Positions 11,005 to 23,590 are shown, counted from the stretch's first letter. The stretch is DNA of 64,000 bases from Heteronotia binoei (GCF_032191835.1 NC_083243.1:54312001-54376000); one strand, 5' to 3'. Notes: generated by a model from the sequence alone, not told the origin. Translations and numbers: made by a program.

Positions 11005-11514
11005 TCAGCAATTTCATTGAATGCCCACGAGTTCTTGTATTGTGAGAAAGGGAGAAAAGTACTTCTTTCTCTACCTTCTCTATCCCATGCATAATCTTGT
11101 AAATCTCTATCATGTCACCCCGCAGTTGACACTTCTCTAAGCTAAAGACTCCCAAACGTTTTAACCTTACTTCATAGGGAAAGTGTTCCAACCCTTTAAT
11201 CATTCTAGTTGCCCTTTTCTGCACTTTTTCCAATACTATAATATCTTTTTTGAGGTGCGGTGACCAGAATTGTACACAGTATTCCAAATGAGACCGCACC
11301 ATCGATTTATACAGGGTCATTATGATACTGGCTGATTTGTTTTCAATTCCCTTCCTAATAATTCCCAGCATGGCGTTGGCCTTTTTTATTGCAACCGCAC
11401 ACTGTCTTGACATTTTCAATGAGTTATCTGCCACGACCCCAAGATCTCTCTCTTGGTCAGTTTCTGCCAGTTCACACCCCATCAACTTGTATTTGTAGCT
11501 AGGATTTTTGGCCC
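11005..11514 (-). mobile_element. CR1 RT C-terminal fragment, still open
   Basis: ORF 10979..11521 (YKSMVRSHLEYCVQFWSPHLKKD...). Confidence 0.92.
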
Positions 11515-11645
11515 TTGGCACTCAAGTTTATGTAAAACGACTCATAAAAGTCTTACATCTTGGTCACAATAGGAATTCTAGAAAAATAATAAAAGCAGAG
11601 CAGAAAAGAATTAAAAAGACTAAACTGCAATCTGATATTACTTAC

Positions 11646-11683
11646 ACTTTTAAAAGAAGCAGCAAATTCTGCAACACCTGGTA
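11646..11683 (-). CDS. LIN52: LIN52 exon 3 (LPGVAEFAASFKS)
   Basis: 38 nt, tttccag/gtaagt boundaries; peptide matches LIN52. Confidence 0.96.
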
Positions 11684-12952
11684 CTGGAAACAGAGCAGAT
11701 GTAGTTACAGTGATATTTTATTACAGCATTCTGCATCTTCAAAAGGCACTTACAAGTCAATCAAAGAAGTTCCTAGAGGCTTTCAATATAAATGACTACT
11801 CACTTTAACTATAGAAGATTTACAATGTGCAACACTTTTGCATTACACTGAGTTACTTGTGTGCACTGATCAGACATTATTTCTCTCCTAACATTTTGTT
11901 CTATCACAGAACATCACTTCATATTCCACAGTATGGCACTGTTTTTACTTGAAGCACAACAATTCCCTTGATTCTGTGCCTAAATAAGTCAGTGTGCCTA
12001 ATCCATAACTAAATATCTAGCATGAACAAACACATTTAGGTAACTGACAGCAGATTAGACACTGCATTCTAAGAAAAGACATAGCAAGTGTTTCATCCTG
12101 GATTTGAACCCAGCTTTGCAATTGGTGTTATACACATACATCCCAGGGAGTTGCTTCATAACCAAAGAGAACTCCCCACCTCTTACTTTGGCCTAACTCC
12201 TCTTCTGTGTTTTTCAGCAGCAAGTATTTATTATTTTACAGATTCATCCTTCACCACACTCCAATTAATACTGTTTTAAAACAGTTGTAAAACTGTTCAA
12301 GCCACTGGAGGAAGACTGGAAGTGTACTGGTTTATGCCTTAAGCACTAATCAATACATGCCTATCCCAGCTACCTTTCGGAGTCCAAATGAACCATGTTG
12401 TATACCTGCTGTCATTCCCCCTCAAAAGAAAAAAAATGTATGTATAGAAGGCAGAAACTGTGCCACTAACTGCATCTCCTTTTATTGGTCTGAAAGATTA
12501 TTTTTTGAGGGAGGGGGCACTTACAGAACTGTTAAAGAGAATATTAACAGTATGGAATACTGACTATATTTTCCTGAACAAAAAATAATGAGCATGCCTC
12601 TGTGAAGGAACACACATGTTCATCCTTGTGTGCTATTCTAGAACCAGTATGCAAAGAGCAATAGGAAACAAAGTTTCTCCCACTAAGAATGGCCTTTCCC
12701 TAAGGAACAACTATGTGAAGACCCTATTTGTTAAGCCTTTATATACTCACAGCCAAAGTGAAGCCCAGAGCTTCAACAGAGAATGGAAGGGAAAAAGGGC
12801 TCTTCATAACAACTTACTCATTTTGTTGGTAAACAGAACTAGAGAATAACTCTCAGCATCTCCCTGACAGCAGATTACAAAGTCTGAACACACCACAATC
12901 ACCACAGAGCTTCTACACGCTGTCCTGCATGCCTGACTCAAGCACAACATAC

Positions 12953-13027
12953 ATTGCTCTGGCCAGAGGTCTGGTGAAGCTCGGTCCAACTTCTCAAAAC
13001 TCAGCAGCGAGGCCTCCAAGTCTGCAC
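12953..13027 (-). CDS. LIN52: LIN52 exon 2 (GADLEASLLSFEKLDRASPDLWPEQ)
   Basis: 75 nt, ctag/gtatgt boundaries. Encodes the LxSxExL pocket-protein-binding motif and the RASP DYRK1A phosphosite. Confidence 0.97.
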
Positions 13028-13364
13028 CTAGAAGAACATTGCGATTTCAGTCATCATATTCAGCAGAAACATCTCCAAGCCGATAGTATACACTTCAGTG
13101 GAGCCTATCTATAGCCCTGGCAATTTCTGTGCCTGTAAAGAAATGACTTATTAAAATTTTTGTTAGTGTAAATTAGTAAGACCCATCAATTCTCATATTT
13201 AACTCTCTCCTCAGGGTCCCTATAAGTTAAAGCTAGCATTTAAAAATAAGTACATATGAATATCAAGGCCCTGTGCAGTTCAGCCAAGCCAGTCTCTACA
13301 CACAGAGCAACAGTCCAGTTGAATGTTTCATATGTTGCAAAATAATCATCCCTAAACAACTGTA

Positions 13365-13660
13365 AAAAAAATATAAGGTAAAGGTACAAGCACCAGTTGT
13401 TTCCAACTCTGGGATGACGGTGCATCATGATGTTTTCATGGCAGACTTTTTTACGGGATGGTTTGCCATTGCTTTCCCCAGTCATCTACACTTTTCCCCC
13501 AGCAAGATGGGGATTCATTTTACTGACCTCGGAAGGATGGAAGGTTGAGTCAACCTTGAGCTGGCTATCTGAACCCAGCTTCTGCTGGGATCAAACTCAG
13601 GTCGTGAGCAGAGCTTGGGCTGCAGTACTGCAGCTTACCACTCTGCACCATGGGGCTCCT
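13365..13660 (-). mobile_element. Sauria SINE (Squam1), full length
   Basis: 12-bp TSD TAAACAACTGTA at 13353 and 13661; closely similar to the 10449 copy. Confidence 0.88.
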
Positions 13661-13902
13661 TAAACAACTGTATCAAGGTGGATATATGAAGTGCAATTCA
13701 ACAGAACAGGAATATATTCAAACATCTGGCTGTGCCTTTCAAGGCCAAAATATGAATTATAGTTTCTTTCACTCTAAAAACCTGAGAACAACATTGGTTT
13801 TGTATCCTTGACCTCCTTGTGTATACTCCCACATTATTTTGCTTTATTCAGAATCCTGCTGTTAGATTGTTTCATAAAAGGAAAATTCTACCTTTGGAAT
13901 TG

Positions 13903-14203
13903 TGGAATTGTTTTCTGTGGCCCCAGAAGGTAGGACCAGAACCAATGGGTTGAAATTAAATCAAAAGAGTTTCTGGCTCAACATTAGGAACAACTTCCTG
14001 ACAGTTAGAACGATTCCTCAGTGGAACAGGCTTCCTCAAGAGGTGGTGGGCTCTCCTTCCTTGGAGGTTTTTAAACAGAGGCTAGATGGCCATCCGACAG
14101 CAATGAAGATCCTGTGAATTTAGGAGGAGGTGTTTATGAGTTTCCTGCATTGTGCAGGGGGTTGGACTAGATGACCCTGGGGATCCCTTCCAACTCTATG
14201 ATT
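13903..14203 (+). mobile_element. CR1 3' end
   Basis: ORF 13902..14117 (WNRLPQEVVGSPSLEVFKQRLD) and ttccaactctatgatt tail. Confidence 0.88.
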
Positions 14204-16271
14204 CCACCTACATTGCTTCATTGCCTCCAACAGTTTGTGTGTGCTTGTATAATTTCTCCAGTTCTTTGGTCTCAGTCCCACTGCATTATTTTCTTCTTTA
14301 AGAACTGTTAAACTTAATCATTTTAACACATTTGTGTGCTGCTTGCTAATTAAATGAATAGTCTTTCTCATAACTGTAATCTGCCCAGCACCACTGCAGT
14401 ATTCTGTTTTATGAGGGAAATTTACTATTAGATGCAAATGTTTTACCACAAATCATTATTTGCTTGCTGATTGACTGAGTAGTTCTTATTATATTTGCAA
14501 TCTGCCTTGAGTCCAAGTGAGAAACACAGATTATAATTTAAGAAAATAATGTCTTTCAAAAAGTTTGTGCATAAACATTCCAACAGTGATGTCAGCACAA
14601 AGAGACAAACTGAGGTTCCTCCTACATAACACAAATATAGAGTTTCCTCCTTAAGGTTTTTTTACAACAGTCTGATTAGGAAGATGCCTGCAGAAAAGGA
14701 TGGAAAAACGTCTACTGAGATACGTTTTTATGAATTACTATGGCCCAAAATTTTTAATTAAAGATTGTTATTCCACCAACTGATTTCCTGAGTGTACACT
14801 TAACAGTACCACTAATATTTGAGTAACATGGTTAACCTTCTAAATCTTATGCTCTGTTTTTTTAAAAATTAGCCTAAAGGTACATTTGAATTTTCTTGGT
14901 ATTGTTTTTCCAGCATCAATTTAATTAAGACAATGCATACTGTATTGCCTTTTAGATAAGTACAAGGCAGTTATTACAAAGTAAAATAATACAGCAAATA
15001 CAGCAAAACTTTCACAAATGTTTAACAGCATTATGTATGTAAGAAAAATGAGGGTGGACACGGGCAATGATCCTAAGTGTGATAAAAGGATATTTTAAAA
15101 GCTTGCCTCTCTTGTCATTAGGAGTGCAGAATACAAATGACTATCATTTCAGATTACTATATGTATGTAGAATAAACAAGGAACTCCTGAGGCCTCATCA
15201 AATATGGTCTGAAACAGATGACAATTTGGCTCCTCTAACCTACTTAAACAACATTTCAACCAATAAGCTGACTCTGTATGCATGAGCATACAGTATTTGA
15301 ATGCAGGACCTTTTTTGGAGCAGGATCGCACAGGAACGCAGTTCCGGCTGGCTTGGTGTCAGGGGGCAAGGCCTAATATGCAAATGAGTTTTCACTGGGC
15401 TTTTTTTACAAAAAACCCTATGTGAAATTATGCTGATGTCAGGGAGTGTGGCCTAATATGCATATGAGTTCCTGCTTGGCTTTTTCTACCAAAAAAGCTC
15501 TGCCTGAATGTATCTAAAACAGTGTGCATGCACACAAAAGGTGATACCTTGAATAAACTTTTGTTGATCTTAAAGGTGCCCCTGGACTCAAAATCTGTTC
15601 TGCTTCAGACCAACAAGGCTGCCCACCTGGATCTACCTGTATGCATGCTCATTTAGGACTAAACTTCACTGAATTCATTCAGATTTAGGAAACATAAACG
15701 TGATGAGATTATAAGAGTTACCTGAACAAAGGAAACATTCTGCAGTCCGTAAACTTCCCTGCTAATTCACTCTGATCAGAAAAAGAATAAATTCTTCCTG
15801 GAATCTCAGTTTAATCCCCAAAAACATAAACACAGACTTGGCAGCTCAACTCTACGTGGTCTGCTGAGAAGTCGGTCCCTGTGTGAGCAGTTGGTTTGCT
15901 CCCAGACAAGTATATATGTCCTCAAAAGGAAGCCTCACCCCAAAGTAAACATTGAGATCTGGTCTAAACAAGCAAGGAAAATTGATTAAGAGGTAGCAAA
16001 AAGTACAACCGACCTCAGACTGAGAGATCACATTATTCACATCGGTTCGCCTGATTTGCTATCTGGAAAAACAGTACAGCATACGAATAGCTTTGTTCCT
16101 GAATTTCTAATCTGCAAAACATTTTTATACGGGGGAAAGTTTTAAAACGTGGTTCGCTCCACTACAGTCTGACATAGTACAGTCTATTCCAACACCACAT
16201 GCCGCTTCATGCGTAGACCAAGCCGGTTACCAAGAGACACTAATGTTACCAAAATACCTTACCCATTTCAC

Positions 16272-16290
16272 CTTCCGTAGAGACCGCCAT
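16272..16290 (-). CDS. LIN52: LIN52 coding exon 1 (MAVSTE-G, 19 nt)
   Basis: ATG GCG GTC TCT ACG GAA G followed by a GTGAAA donor. Phase 1 joins exon 2 in frame. Corresponds to the vertebrate LIN52 N-terminus (MASPTDG in human). Confidence 0.8.
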
Positions 16291-16690
16291 CTTTGCCCAT
16301 CCACGTGACATCTAACGGCCGCCCACATAGAGAATCTAAACATAGCACGAACAACCGAACCTCCCCTCTTCTCCTCCTCCTCCTCCTCCTCCTCCCCCCT
16401 TCACTCACACATAACTTCCCATTGGACTCTAGCTCCCGAGGGCCAGAAGAAAAAAGTATCCAATAAGAATCTTTCTAGAGGGGGCGTTTATGCTTGAATA
16501 GCCAATGGAAATTTGGATACGACGGGAGGTTGCGATATGGGCGGAGAAAGCAAAACCAGACGACTTCTATATCCTATTGGCTCGTTAAGCTGTAAATGGG
16601 CGGAGCTGAAGCTGGCATCCTAATGCTATTGGTCAGTTAAGACTGTTGAGCTGGCTTTGGGGGAGGCTTTGGCAGGTGATCTCGGGCAGC
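16291..16690. promoter_or_regulatory. Bidirectional CpG-island promoter shared by LIN52 and ALDH6A1
   Basis: 400 bp between divergent ATGs. CCAAT/ATTGG at 16421, 16460, 16502, 16576 and 16628; GGGCGG at 16539 and 16598; YY1-type CGCCATCTT over the LIN52 ATG. Confidence 0.8.
16367..16394. repeat. (CCT)n run inside the bidirectional promoter
   Basis: Direct observation. Confidence 0.9.
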
Positions 16691-16747
16691 ATGGCGGTGG
16701 TGGCTGCAATTCGGGGTTCTCAGGGAGGGCGGCGTCTCTGGCTCGGG
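16691..16747 (+). CDS. ALDH6A1: ALDH6A1 exon 1, mitochondrial presequence (MAVVAAIRGSQGGRRLWLG)
   Basis: AGCATGG start context, Arg-rich and acid-free peptide, GTGAGA donor, phase 0. Lies in a CpG island head-to-head with LIN52. Confidence 0.8.
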
Positions 16748-17707
16748 GTGAGATTGCACGATGGGGCTGCAGCGCCTTCGGGGGAGGGGAGTCACCTTTT
16801 CCAGTGGTTCGGTGCTGTCATATAAGCGGGCGATTATCCTTGAACTCTGTCTCTACCCTTTCCCCGCCGCTGTTTGCACGCCTTTGAAGACTGTTCAGAA
16901 GCAGGGCTTCGCCTGGGAATGGGACTAACCTCTTGGTTCCATCACACTCGCCACACCCTCTTTCGATGAGAGACAAGTCTGGCCGCAGCTTGCGTTAAAT
17001 GCCCCTAAACCTTACGGAAAGGTGCTCTTAGCAGACTACTGCATCTAGTATTCCTACCTGACAGGGATGTTGGCAATATAAGATGGAGGCGCGTATGGCA
17101 ACCTGAACTCTATGGAGGAACGGTAGAGTTTCTTGCAATATTTCCAAGTAAACTGGATTCAGTGCATGCTCGGGTGCCAGGCTGCTCCGGTAATCCAATT
17201 TACTTGGAAAGTTCCTGGAGGGTCTCTGGCAGCCAGGATCGATTGGAACTGTCCTGTCAGGACTGCAAGGAGGGGGTCTGCTTGGTGTTGACAGACCAGT
17301 GGCTGCTGACAGGCTCAGAGCTGCAGGTTGGTTCGCCTTTCTCTGGATCTCCTGCATACCACAGTTTACTTTCAACTTACCCATGCCTTATCATAGTCTT
17401 TACTGGGGTTCTTTATCAGTATGTTTACCTGGAAGTACATCCTATTGAAACCATGGAATTTACTCTCTGTAAGTGTGCATTGAACTGCTGCCTTAGTCGT
17501 AGTTGAGCTGTGCTGTGTGATTGTGGAGCAATAGCTAGACTTGATGTTTTGTGATGTGCTCCTTCAGCTGTGTAGCATCACCACAAACATATTTGCTATG
17601 AACTAATTTTGCCGAGCAAACCATATCTTCTAGAACTAACACATGGATCATAGGATTTAACAAACTCTGTTTTAAAAAAAATTAAGCTCTGTTTTTCTGT
17701 TTTATAG

Positions 17708-17764
17708 ATCCCTGGGAAGGTGAATCTTAACAGGCATTCCTTATCATTCTCATCTTCTTCAGTG
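17708..17764 (+). CDS. ALDH6A1: ALDH6A1 exon 2 (IPGKVNLNRHSLSFSSSSV)
   Basis: Polypyrimidine tract with tttatag acceptor and GTGAGT donor; 57 nt; Ser-rich end as in vertebrate MMSDH. Confidence 0.85.
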
Positions 17765-17984
17765 GTGAGTTGCTTTCTTACTTAAGACACTGGAAATCAA
17801 CAGGGAAGGAAGAAATAGAAATTACCCCTTTAAAAAGCTTTTCCCCATACCATGGTGATTCTGTGAATTAGGCAGATCATGAGAAAGGAGGGCAGGAAGG
17901 ATTGCATCAGTGCTTAGTTCTTGTGGCCCTTTCTTACACACCCAGGGAAATGCTGATTGCCACTTGGGGTTGGTCGGCAATTTT

Positions 17985-18148
17985 TCTCCAGGCCACTTTG
18001 GCAAGAGATCCTGGGGGGTTTTGCCATCTTCTAGGCATGGAGCGGGGGTCACTGGGGATATGTGTGGGGGGTATTTTGAAGTGTCTGCACTGTGCAAAAG
18101 GTTGGACTAGATGGCCTTGGAAGTCCCTTCCAACTTTGTGATTCTATG
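17985..18148 (+). mobile_element. CR1 3' UTR fragment
   Basis: ggttggactagatggccttggaagtcccttccaactttgtgattctatga terminus. Confidence 0.75.
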
Positions 18149-18718
18149 ACCATGTTCTCCATGGCTAATGGTGGAGTGAACAATCCTGTTCGGGTCTGAC
18201 TGCAAGATTGCTGCAGGCAAATCAGGACCTTCCTTCCTGGGGTGAAGTGGAGGTGGGGGAGAAAACACTGGGTGAGGGAGCTACTGGTGGAAGGGAAAAC
18301 TATATGGACAGGTGTGGGGGGAGCCAAGAGGACTAAGCCAGTGGGCAATCAGAGGTCAGGCAGAATGGGCAGGTGTGAGCACTTCCAGGTAGGAGAACCA
18401 GGCATGGAAACAGGCAAGACAGAGGGAAGGCAGAAAGACCAGACAGATGATGAAGGGGAGAGAAGATTGGAACCAGAGCATGTGGGGTTGGATGGCGAAA
18501 GGGATTTCTGCTCCCCTACAAATCACTCTTCTGTTTTATCCCTGTTGCTGTATCCTTCTCCTTCTTTGGTTGTTTGTCTTAGGTCAAATTGAGATTGCAG
18601 GTTCCTCAGAGTGAAAAGCACTACGCACTTGCAGGGTGTTATAGAAACAACAACAATAATCATAATAGCAGCAGCATTTGGGTAATCTGGCCACTGACTG
18701 GTGCTTTGTCTTCCACAG

Positions 18719-18793
18719 CCAACAACCAAACTATTCATTGATGGCAAGTTTGTTGAGTCTAAAAGCAATGAATGGATTGATATCCACAACCCA
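18719..18793 (+). CDS. ALDH6A1: ALDH6A1 exon 3 (PTTKLFIDGKFVESKSNEWIDIHNP)
   Basis: 75 nt, cacag/gtaagt. Confidence 0.97.
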
Positions 18794-19779
18794 GTAAGTG
18801 AAGCAGGTTTTCTTTCTGTGCTCAAAAAGGATTGCATAGTTGACAATGGGAGAAAGAAGTGTATTAAAAAAAAACCCTTAGAAATGTAAGCGTGTAGAGC
18901 TACCACTACCTGTTGTCACCTAGCTTCCTAGTTGTCTCAGGCACAAAACATGGTGGTTGATTACAGGGATCCAGTAGCTCAGCCCTAGAAATTCTAAATG
19001 ACTGAGTGGCACCAAGGAGGTACAATCCTAATGCAGTAAAAGCATAGTTTTGTCAGGTATAAAAACTTAACCGGGTTTCACTCTCTTATCCAACGTAAAG
19101 CTTTAAACCATAAAGATCAGAGTTTTTTCTATGCTTTGAAACGATAGCCTTTAGCATTTTTCAGTCGAATACTGGACATTCAGGTTTGTACGGATTTTCT
19201 GTTTCTGTAATCAGCTCTGGAAGTTTTTCTTGGGTCCTTCCAACTGTTTTGATGGCTGACCCCTGTTTTGATGGCTTCTTGCTAGACATTATTAACAATT
19301 AGGGTGGTTTCTTGATGTCAGCTTCCAGTCTGGGGATGAGATTAGAACTTGAATCAGGGCTAATACATTTTACCTAAGCTTGCTTCTAAAGAGTAGCTGA
19401 TGTGGTTCTCACTGAATTGTTCTGAGGATGTTAGCAGATGGGAGCCTCCATGGGGCACACACACTTTGCCACATTCATTTTGAAAATTAGGTGTCCCATT
19501 GATGAGGGAGGCAGAGAGGGGTGGGATGGGGTTTCCACAAATATTTATAAATCAGAATGGCAGTCCGTTATAAATCTGGAGAATGACTGGGGTAGTCAGT
19601 TGATTTTATATGGAGATTATCCTAGGGCACCGCACATTATTTTTAGTTTTTCAGCTTTCTTCTACTGTTTGTGGACAAAAATTTCCACCCCATATAATGA
19701 AAAAGTTTCCATTTTTACAATGGTTTTTAGGAAGAGAATGTTAAAATATTCCTGAGTTGGTGGTATACCGGACCAGGTA

Positions 19780-21032
19780 GGAGTACATGGATGTGGTCAT
19801 TCACATATGCACCCCACTAAGAACATAAGAATAATGGAATACGAGGACAGTTATCTTATGGTTAAATGACAGGAAGCAAAGAGTAGGAATCAGCTGACAG
19901 TTCTCAGAATGGAGTGGAATAAGCAGTGGGGCCTCACAATGATTGGTATTGGGGCTGGTACTAGTTAATTTATTAATCAGTGATCTGGAACTAGGGGTGA
20001 GTGACAAGCCAAGTTTGCCGATGACACCAAATTATTCAGGATGGGTGAAAACCAAGGCTGACTGTGGAGAGCTCCAAGAGGACCTCCACAAATTAGGTGA
20101 GTGGGTGATAATATGGAAAATGAAGTTCATTGTCACTAAGTGTAAAGTGATGCACATTAAGACAAAAAATTCAACTTCAAGTATAGCCCTATGGGGTCTG
20201 AACTAGCTGAGAATGAGAGGGGAAAAGATCTTGGGGTTATTGTGTATCGTTGTCACCCACTCAATGAAAGCATCAACCCAGTGTGCTGCAGAAGTGAAAA
20301 GGGCACATTTATGTTAGGGGTTATTAGGATTGAGAATAAAATGGCTGATGTTGTAATGCCCCGTATAGATCTGTGGTGCAACCTCATTTGGAATACTGTG
20401 TACAGTTGTGGTCCCCGTATCTCAAAAAGGACATTGCAGAGCTGGAAAAAGTGCAGAGGAGGGACAACCAAGATGATTAGGGAGTTGAAGTACCTTCCCT
20501 ATGAGGAAAGGCTGTAGAATCTTTTTCATTTATAAAAGAGACAACTAAGGATGGACATGTTAGAGGTTTATAAAAATTATGCATAGGATGGTTGATAAAG
20601 AGAACTTTTTGTCCCTCTCCCAAAATACTAGAACTCAAGAGTATCCAATGAAACTGATGGGCAGTATGCTCAGGATGGAAAAAAGGGAATATTATTTTAC
20701 ATACAGAGTGATTAAAATGTGGAATTTGCTACCAGAGGATGTAGTGGTGGCCAGAGGAACAAAAAGCCTTAAAAGGGGATTAAATAGATTCATGGAGGAT
20801 AAGTTTATCTATGGCTACTAGCCATGGTGACTGAGGGAACCTTTACATTTCAGACGCACTAATAATTAATTCTTTGAAGTCCAGAACCAAGAGGCAACAT
20901 CAAGAGAAGGCCTTGGTCTCTATGCCCTGTTGTTGGCTCTCCAGAGGAACTAGTTGGCCGCTGTATGAGACAGGATACTAGACTAGAAAGACCACTGATG
21001 TGATCCATCAGTACTCTTGTTATGTTCTTATG
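19780..21032 (+). mobile_element. Degenerate CR1, 3' 1.25 kb
   Basis: Frameshifted RT pieces in ORFs 19943, 20191 and 20579; ttatgttcttatg tail. Confidence 0.88.
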
Positions 21033-21446
21033 AATCTGCTGGATAGGACCAGTGTTTCCTTTAAGCTGTGTGCTCATTAATACAGAAAGGCCCAGCTGTA
21101 GTTTGCAGCCATGTAGGGTCTTGCACTGCCCATTGCCCATTTTAATATTATAGCAGTTATATTCTGCTCAGGATGTCAGCTGCTCCACTCAGTGGGTGTA
21201 GGGGAGGGATTAGAAAGAACATGGCCAGAATCCTGTTTCTTGTAGCAGCCAGCCAATTGCCCTGGAGAGCAGATAGCATTGAGTCCATGACCTTTCCCTG
21301 CTGCTGCCTCCCAGTACTGGTATTCAGAGGTTTGCTGCCTTTGGATATGGAAGCTGTCATCAAGGACCATGCTAGTTGCCATTGATGGACCTCTCCTCCA
21401 TCTGTGTAGTGCCCCCACACCCTGTGAAGCTAACTGTGCTTATAGG

Positions 21447-21831
21447 CAAGCCTGTAGCCACCGGGGGGGGGGCACAGCCCCTCCATCGAACCCCCCCCTT
21501 TGACTAGTATGGCCCCTCCTTTGGCTAGTATGGCTCTCACAGCCCGCGCCCCCCTCCACAGTGCCTCCCCCCTCCCTCCCACCCCGTGAAGCGCCGGCTC
21601 CTCCTGGGACTCTTTCCCACCCCACCCCCCCCCCGGGCAATTACAGGAAAAGCTGCAGGGAGGCCAGCGCTCCTCTGCTGGCCTTCCAGTGCCCTCTGGA
21701 GCTTTAGCTCTGGATCTGCGGCAAAAGGAAGCACCAGTAAGCCCTGCAAAACCGCCCGCCACCTCCGCTTTTGCAGAGCTTTCTGCTGCTTCCCTGGGTC
21801 CCCTCACCAAAAATTTTCGGGCTATGGCCTG
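21447..21831. mobile_element. GC-rich hAT-type element
   Basis: Ends CAAGCCTGTAGCC and GGCTATGGCCTG; perfect 8-bp TSD CTTATAGG. Confidence 0.8.
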
Positions 21832-21924
21832 CTTATAGGTACCAGTGCCTTCCTGGCAATTAATTCCACAGTTTAATTCCTTGTTGACTAAGTATTTCTT
21901 TTTCCCTGTTCTTAATCTGTTTCT

Positions 21925-23590
21925 CAGCTATCTCATTGTGTACCCCTGAGTTCTAGTATGAAAGGAGTTGCTACCTCTATCCAATTTTGCTAGCCTTAGC
22001 GTAAGTTTATAAATCTTTACCATGTCTCCCCTTAGCTTTCTTTTTTTTCTAGACTGTCTAGACTTTCCTCATAGGAACGGTGCTCCAACCCCCAATCATC
22101 TTGGCTGCCCCTTGTACTTTCTCCCATTCTGCACTTGTCTTTTTGAGCTACAGTTACTGGAACTGCTCACAGTATTCCAAGTAAGGCTGCGCCATAGCTT
22201 TATAAAAGGGCATTATAGTATTTTATTTTCAGTCCCTTTCCTAATAATTCCTAGCATAGAGTTTGGCTTTTTCATGCTGCAGCACACTGGGTTAACACAA
22301 CAACCTAAAGATATCTTTCAATCTCAGCCAGTTCTGACCTTAGCATGTATTTTAAATTATTATTTTTGTTCTAATGTGCATTACTTTAAATTTACCTATG
22401 TTGAGCTTCATTTGCCACATCATTGCCCGCTCACTCAATTTTGATAGATCCTGCTGTAGCTCTTCACTATCTGCCTTGGTTTTCATCATCCTTAATAATT
22501 TGATATAATCTGCAAACTTGGCTACCACACTGTGCAGCCTCCATCCCAAATCATTAATGGACAAATTAAATAGCACCTGTCATGAGTTAGCCAGGGCTGA
22601 GCAATAGTGAGGGCTCCTCATGAGAAGAGGATCTCCATGTAGTCAGCCTTGAGTTAACAGAAGCTGACCAGCAGGAAAATGAACTGCAGGCTTGTCAGGA
22701 TTCACAGCTAATACTGATGCAGAGCCACCACACCCTCCAGCCTTGATTCACCAGGTGAGCCTCAATTGGCCATTCCCAGCCCACCAGTGTCACCTATACC
22801 CTTAGAGCACAGCAAAGGCTGAGAACGAAGCTACAGACAAGCCTCCTGGCCTGATGCCAGTTGCTTGCTCGTAACAAAGACAAGTAGTTGCAGGATTGAT
22901 TCCGAGTAAGTGGTTGCGAGCATGACCCTTAGGTGTGGGACTGTAAAACCAGACAAGAGAAGCTGTTAGGTGTGGATGCAATGTGTGTGATAGATGCTAA
23001 GCTGCCGACTCTCCCTTGCCTGCCTCCTGACCTTGTATTAAATGACATTGCTTTGCCTGATTTCTGGCACCTGATACTCAGAGCCTGGAAGCCAGTACAG
23101 CACCAACACCAATCCAGTACAGCACCAGTACCGATCCTACTGGGAGATCACTGCTTACTTTGCAAGAACTGTCCATTTATTTCTGCTCTCTGCTTCCTGC
23201 TATTTAACCAACGTTTAATCCAAAAGAGAATCCATCCTCTTGTCCTATGATTGCTAAGCTTACTCAGGAGTCTTTGGTAAAGTATGTTGTCAAAGCCCTA
23301 TTGGAAGTTCAGGTATGTGATGTTTACCACATCAGCTTTGTCTATATGCTTGTTAACCTGCTCAGTGAACTCCAAGAGTTTGGTAAGGCAGGACTTCCCT
23401 TTCCAGAAGCCATGTTGATTTTCCCTCAGCATACTTTCTTCCTTGATGTACTTAATAAATCTGTCTTTAATAACAGGTTCTACCACTTTACCTGGAAATG
23501 ATGATGGGCTAATTGGCCTATAATTTCCAAGATCCCCTCTGAAGCTCTTTTTTAGAAATTGGGGTAACATTTGCTGTTTTCCAGTCATAC
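21925..23590 (-). mobile_element. Degenerate CR1 RT region interrupted by a solo LTR
   Basis: ORFs 22352..22576 (KFADYIKL) and 23298..23588 (GNYRPIS, ENQHGF, KSCLTKLLEF). Confidence 0.85.
22578..23121 (+). mobile_element. Probable solo LTR (Ty3/Gypsy-like)
   Basis: TGT...ACA termini flanked by the 5-bp direct repeat GCACC (22573-77; 23122-26, or alternatively 23100-04); ATTAAA at ~23037; splits collinear CR1 sequence. Confidence 0.65.
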
